Positions 63,813-64,000 of a DNA stretch of 64,000 bases are shown piece by piece. The stretch lies in the NCBI GenBank assembly GCA_951406725.2, contig OX597814.1, forward strand, positions 199,392,001 through 199,456,000. Direction: 5' to 3'. The translations under genes and the position numbers were made by a program. Under the pieces are notes generated by a model. It saw only the letters and a list, made by a program, of their open reading frames with translations, had not been told where the DNA came from and did not search any database. This stretch comes from Octopus vulgaris. Lineage: Eukaryota. The first letter of the stretch is position 1; every line of letters starts with the position of its first letter.

Positions 63813-64000
63813 GAAAACTCATCGCCAGTTTCTCCTTTTCTTTCTTTCTCAAACTTTTCCCTTAGCTGACCTGTCGCAAGTACTCTCTCTCCGTTCTCCA
63901 TCGTTCAAGACATTTTCTACGCGTTACCCACTATTCACGTCTTGTTGGCCCAAAGTCCCTATTTTGTTCGACTCTTTGTCTTCGTCCACCATCCTAAATC

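Overview
AT-rich, repeat-saturated eukaryotic DNA. The SINE families and microsatellite style suggest a coleoid cephalopod, most likely Octopus; this is inferred from pattern recognition, not from a search. I cannot support any host protein-coding exon, so the window is intergenic or lies in a large intron. It holds about 35 copies or clusters of tRNA-headed SINEs (families here called A, B, C and Meta-like). It also holds relics of CR1-like, RTE, R4/Dong-like, Tx1/L1-like and Penelope-like retroelements, non-autonomous Helitrons, HINE-like elements, a decayed Helitron PIF1 helicase, a DD34E Tc1 element and a mariner fragment. The standout feature is a minus-strand chimera at about 33050-33321: a tRNA-Trp(CCA)-derived unit, a 10-nt spacer, a full-length 5S rRNA that still folds, and then the same 3' stem-loop tail carried by a CR1-like LINE and by SINE family A. 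It is a candidate dicistronic tRNA-5S Pol III unit or a tRNA+5S composite SINE. Other notable items are an intact-core hammerhead ribozyme, two apparent SINE-LINE tail partnerships, several fold-back inverted repeats and a SINE-mediated tandem duplication.
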